Below, piece after piece: positions 62,202-64,000 of a DNA stretch of 64,000 nt. The position numbers and the translations under genes are program-made. Location of the stretch: NCBI GenBank assembly GCA_964016885.1, contig OZ024762.1:10602001-10666000 (forward strand), written 5' to 3'. The notes below the pieces were generated by a model that worked only from the letters and a program-made list of their open reading frames with translations, searched no databases and was not told where the DNA came from. This DNA is from Eledone cirrhosa (taxonomy: Eukaryota). Within the stretch, counting starts at the first letter, position 1, and each line of letters opens with the position of its first letter.

Positions 62202-64000
62202 TTATTTGCATGGTGTATCTTAGTGACTATATAGTGGAGAACCTACCTATCTAGTATACATATAGTCTTGTTACCAAAATAAAATGCACCCAATGCACTC
62301 TGTAGCATGCAGTAGCCCCCTACTCTATCCTGGTCTAATTATTGACTTTGTCTATGATGACCTGACCTGGCCAACTTTTGTTAACAGCTTTAGCTGGCAT
62401 CCTACAGGGTTGAATCTCTTCGGAAGTTACTTGGGTGTTTTAATGATAGGAGGACCCAGTCTTATGTTGTTACAGTTCACACTTATGAAGGTTCATTTGG
62501 TGAGGTTGTTTCAATTAATTATTGAAAAATTCGAAGATATATACTAAAATTATTAATTATTTCATTACTAAGTAACTTAATGTAAGGTTCTTATATAAAA
62601 TTATGTTGGAGTGATTTACTAAAATTATTAATTATTTCATTACTAAGATAGTAACTTAATGTAAGGAGGTTCATCATCATCATCGTTTAACGTCCGTGTT
62701 CCATGCTTGCATGGGTTTGGACGGGAGTTTTCCCACTTGAGGCAAGAGTGGTTGTCTTGCTCGCATAGGACTGTCTGGCGGGTTTTCTACAGTTGGATGC
62801 CCTTCCTAACACCAACCACATTTACAGTGTGGGACTGGGAGGTTTTTACCGTGTTACCTACACGGCCACATTACAGCGTGGACTGTCTGTTTTTTTTTTC
62901 GTGACACCTACACGATCTCATTTGTTTTGAGGTTCTTATATAAAATTATGCTGGAAGGATTTTAATTTAACACTTTTGTTACCAACTTGGCCCAAACCAG
63001 CTCTGGTTCTATGAAATAAAACCACACATTTAAAACATTTTCTATTTGAATTAAAATCTTCCAACATAATTTTATATAAGAACCTTACATTAAGTTACTA
63101 TTAAACTATAATAAAAGTGTGTGATGTCAACACTTCCGGTGGCGATCACTTAAATAAACATACTAATTTTCTCATAATGCAGTTTATATATTATATCGTC
63201 TTTTTTTAATGTATCATGGATTACTTTACTGATTACATAAGACAGTGTAACACAGTCTTCGTTCAATTTCTGTTTATATTGTCATTTACGCTTTTATTTG
63301 ATGTATCATATCTACTTGTATATATACCTGCGTATAATATCAATATACACACTATACATTCAAGCAGTCTTAGTAATGAATCAATTAATAATTTTATTAA
63401 ACCACTAAAAATTCTTCATCAATTAACTGAAATAGAGTGTATTTCATTGGAAATACGGTCTATGAAAGGGTTAAATAAGAATCTTTAAAGTGGGTAGTCT
63501 TGTTTCATAAAACCAGAGCTGGTTTTGTCGAGGTTGGTATTAAAAAAGTTGAATGATTAAACCTTTCATTCCACTCAGAAATAACTTTGTTAGAGTTGTC
63601 CATTGTTTTTATTGTCAATGACAGCTGACATTGATAATCTATATTATAACAACCATGTCCATCTGCCCATCCCTCCATCTTGCTGTCTGTAACGCCCACT
63701 TTATATAGAGAGGGGTAGTGCTAAGCGATATATATATATATATATATCGCTTAGCACTGCTATATATATATATATATATATATCGCTTAGCACTGCTATA
63801 TATATATATATATAAAGTGGTAAAGAAAATGGATCCCTAAGTGAGATCAGCGAAGTTCGTGGATGTTATCCAACCATCTTGCTCGGATATGTCAACCCCT
63901 GGGTCTCCTGCCGGTTGGTTTTGCCCGTAAAATCTATCCAGCGATTCTTTTCTGAGACATTCTAACCACATACTTGTCGCAACAAAGCTGTGATCTCTCA

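Overview
Repeat-rich, AT-rich animal genomic DNA, not prokaryotic. The SINE types and microsatellite load resemble a coleoid cephalopod such as Octopus; this is inferred, not proven. Most ORFs in the supplied track are microsatellite or minisatellite artefacts. Two spliced genes can be rebuilt by hand on the minus strand with GT-AG junctions and consistent reading phase. (1) An ARFGAP2/3 (Glo3-type) gene with 11 coding exons from 53528 to the stop at 31537; the short first coding exon was not found and probably lies right of the window. (2) An uncharacterised gene with at least 14 coding exons (ATG 19740 to at least 1349, at least 858 codons), including a 1243-nt acidic/Gly-rich exon with 43 consecutive Asp. 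Introns are filled with tRNA-derived SINEs, RTE-type LINE fragments, Tigger- and hAT-like MITEs and TE-derived minisatellites. The most notable unexplained signal is about ten type I hammerhead ribozyme motifs, intact or decayed, from several unrelated sequence families. Many sit in short elements inserted into (TA)n with a long arm plus a short inverted arm. A GIY-YIG endonuclease remnant of a Penelope-like element, missed by the ORF track, is also present. Together these suggest a diverse system of ribozyme-bearing, Penelope-mobilised mini-elements. Several minisatellites also appear shaped by splicing signals.
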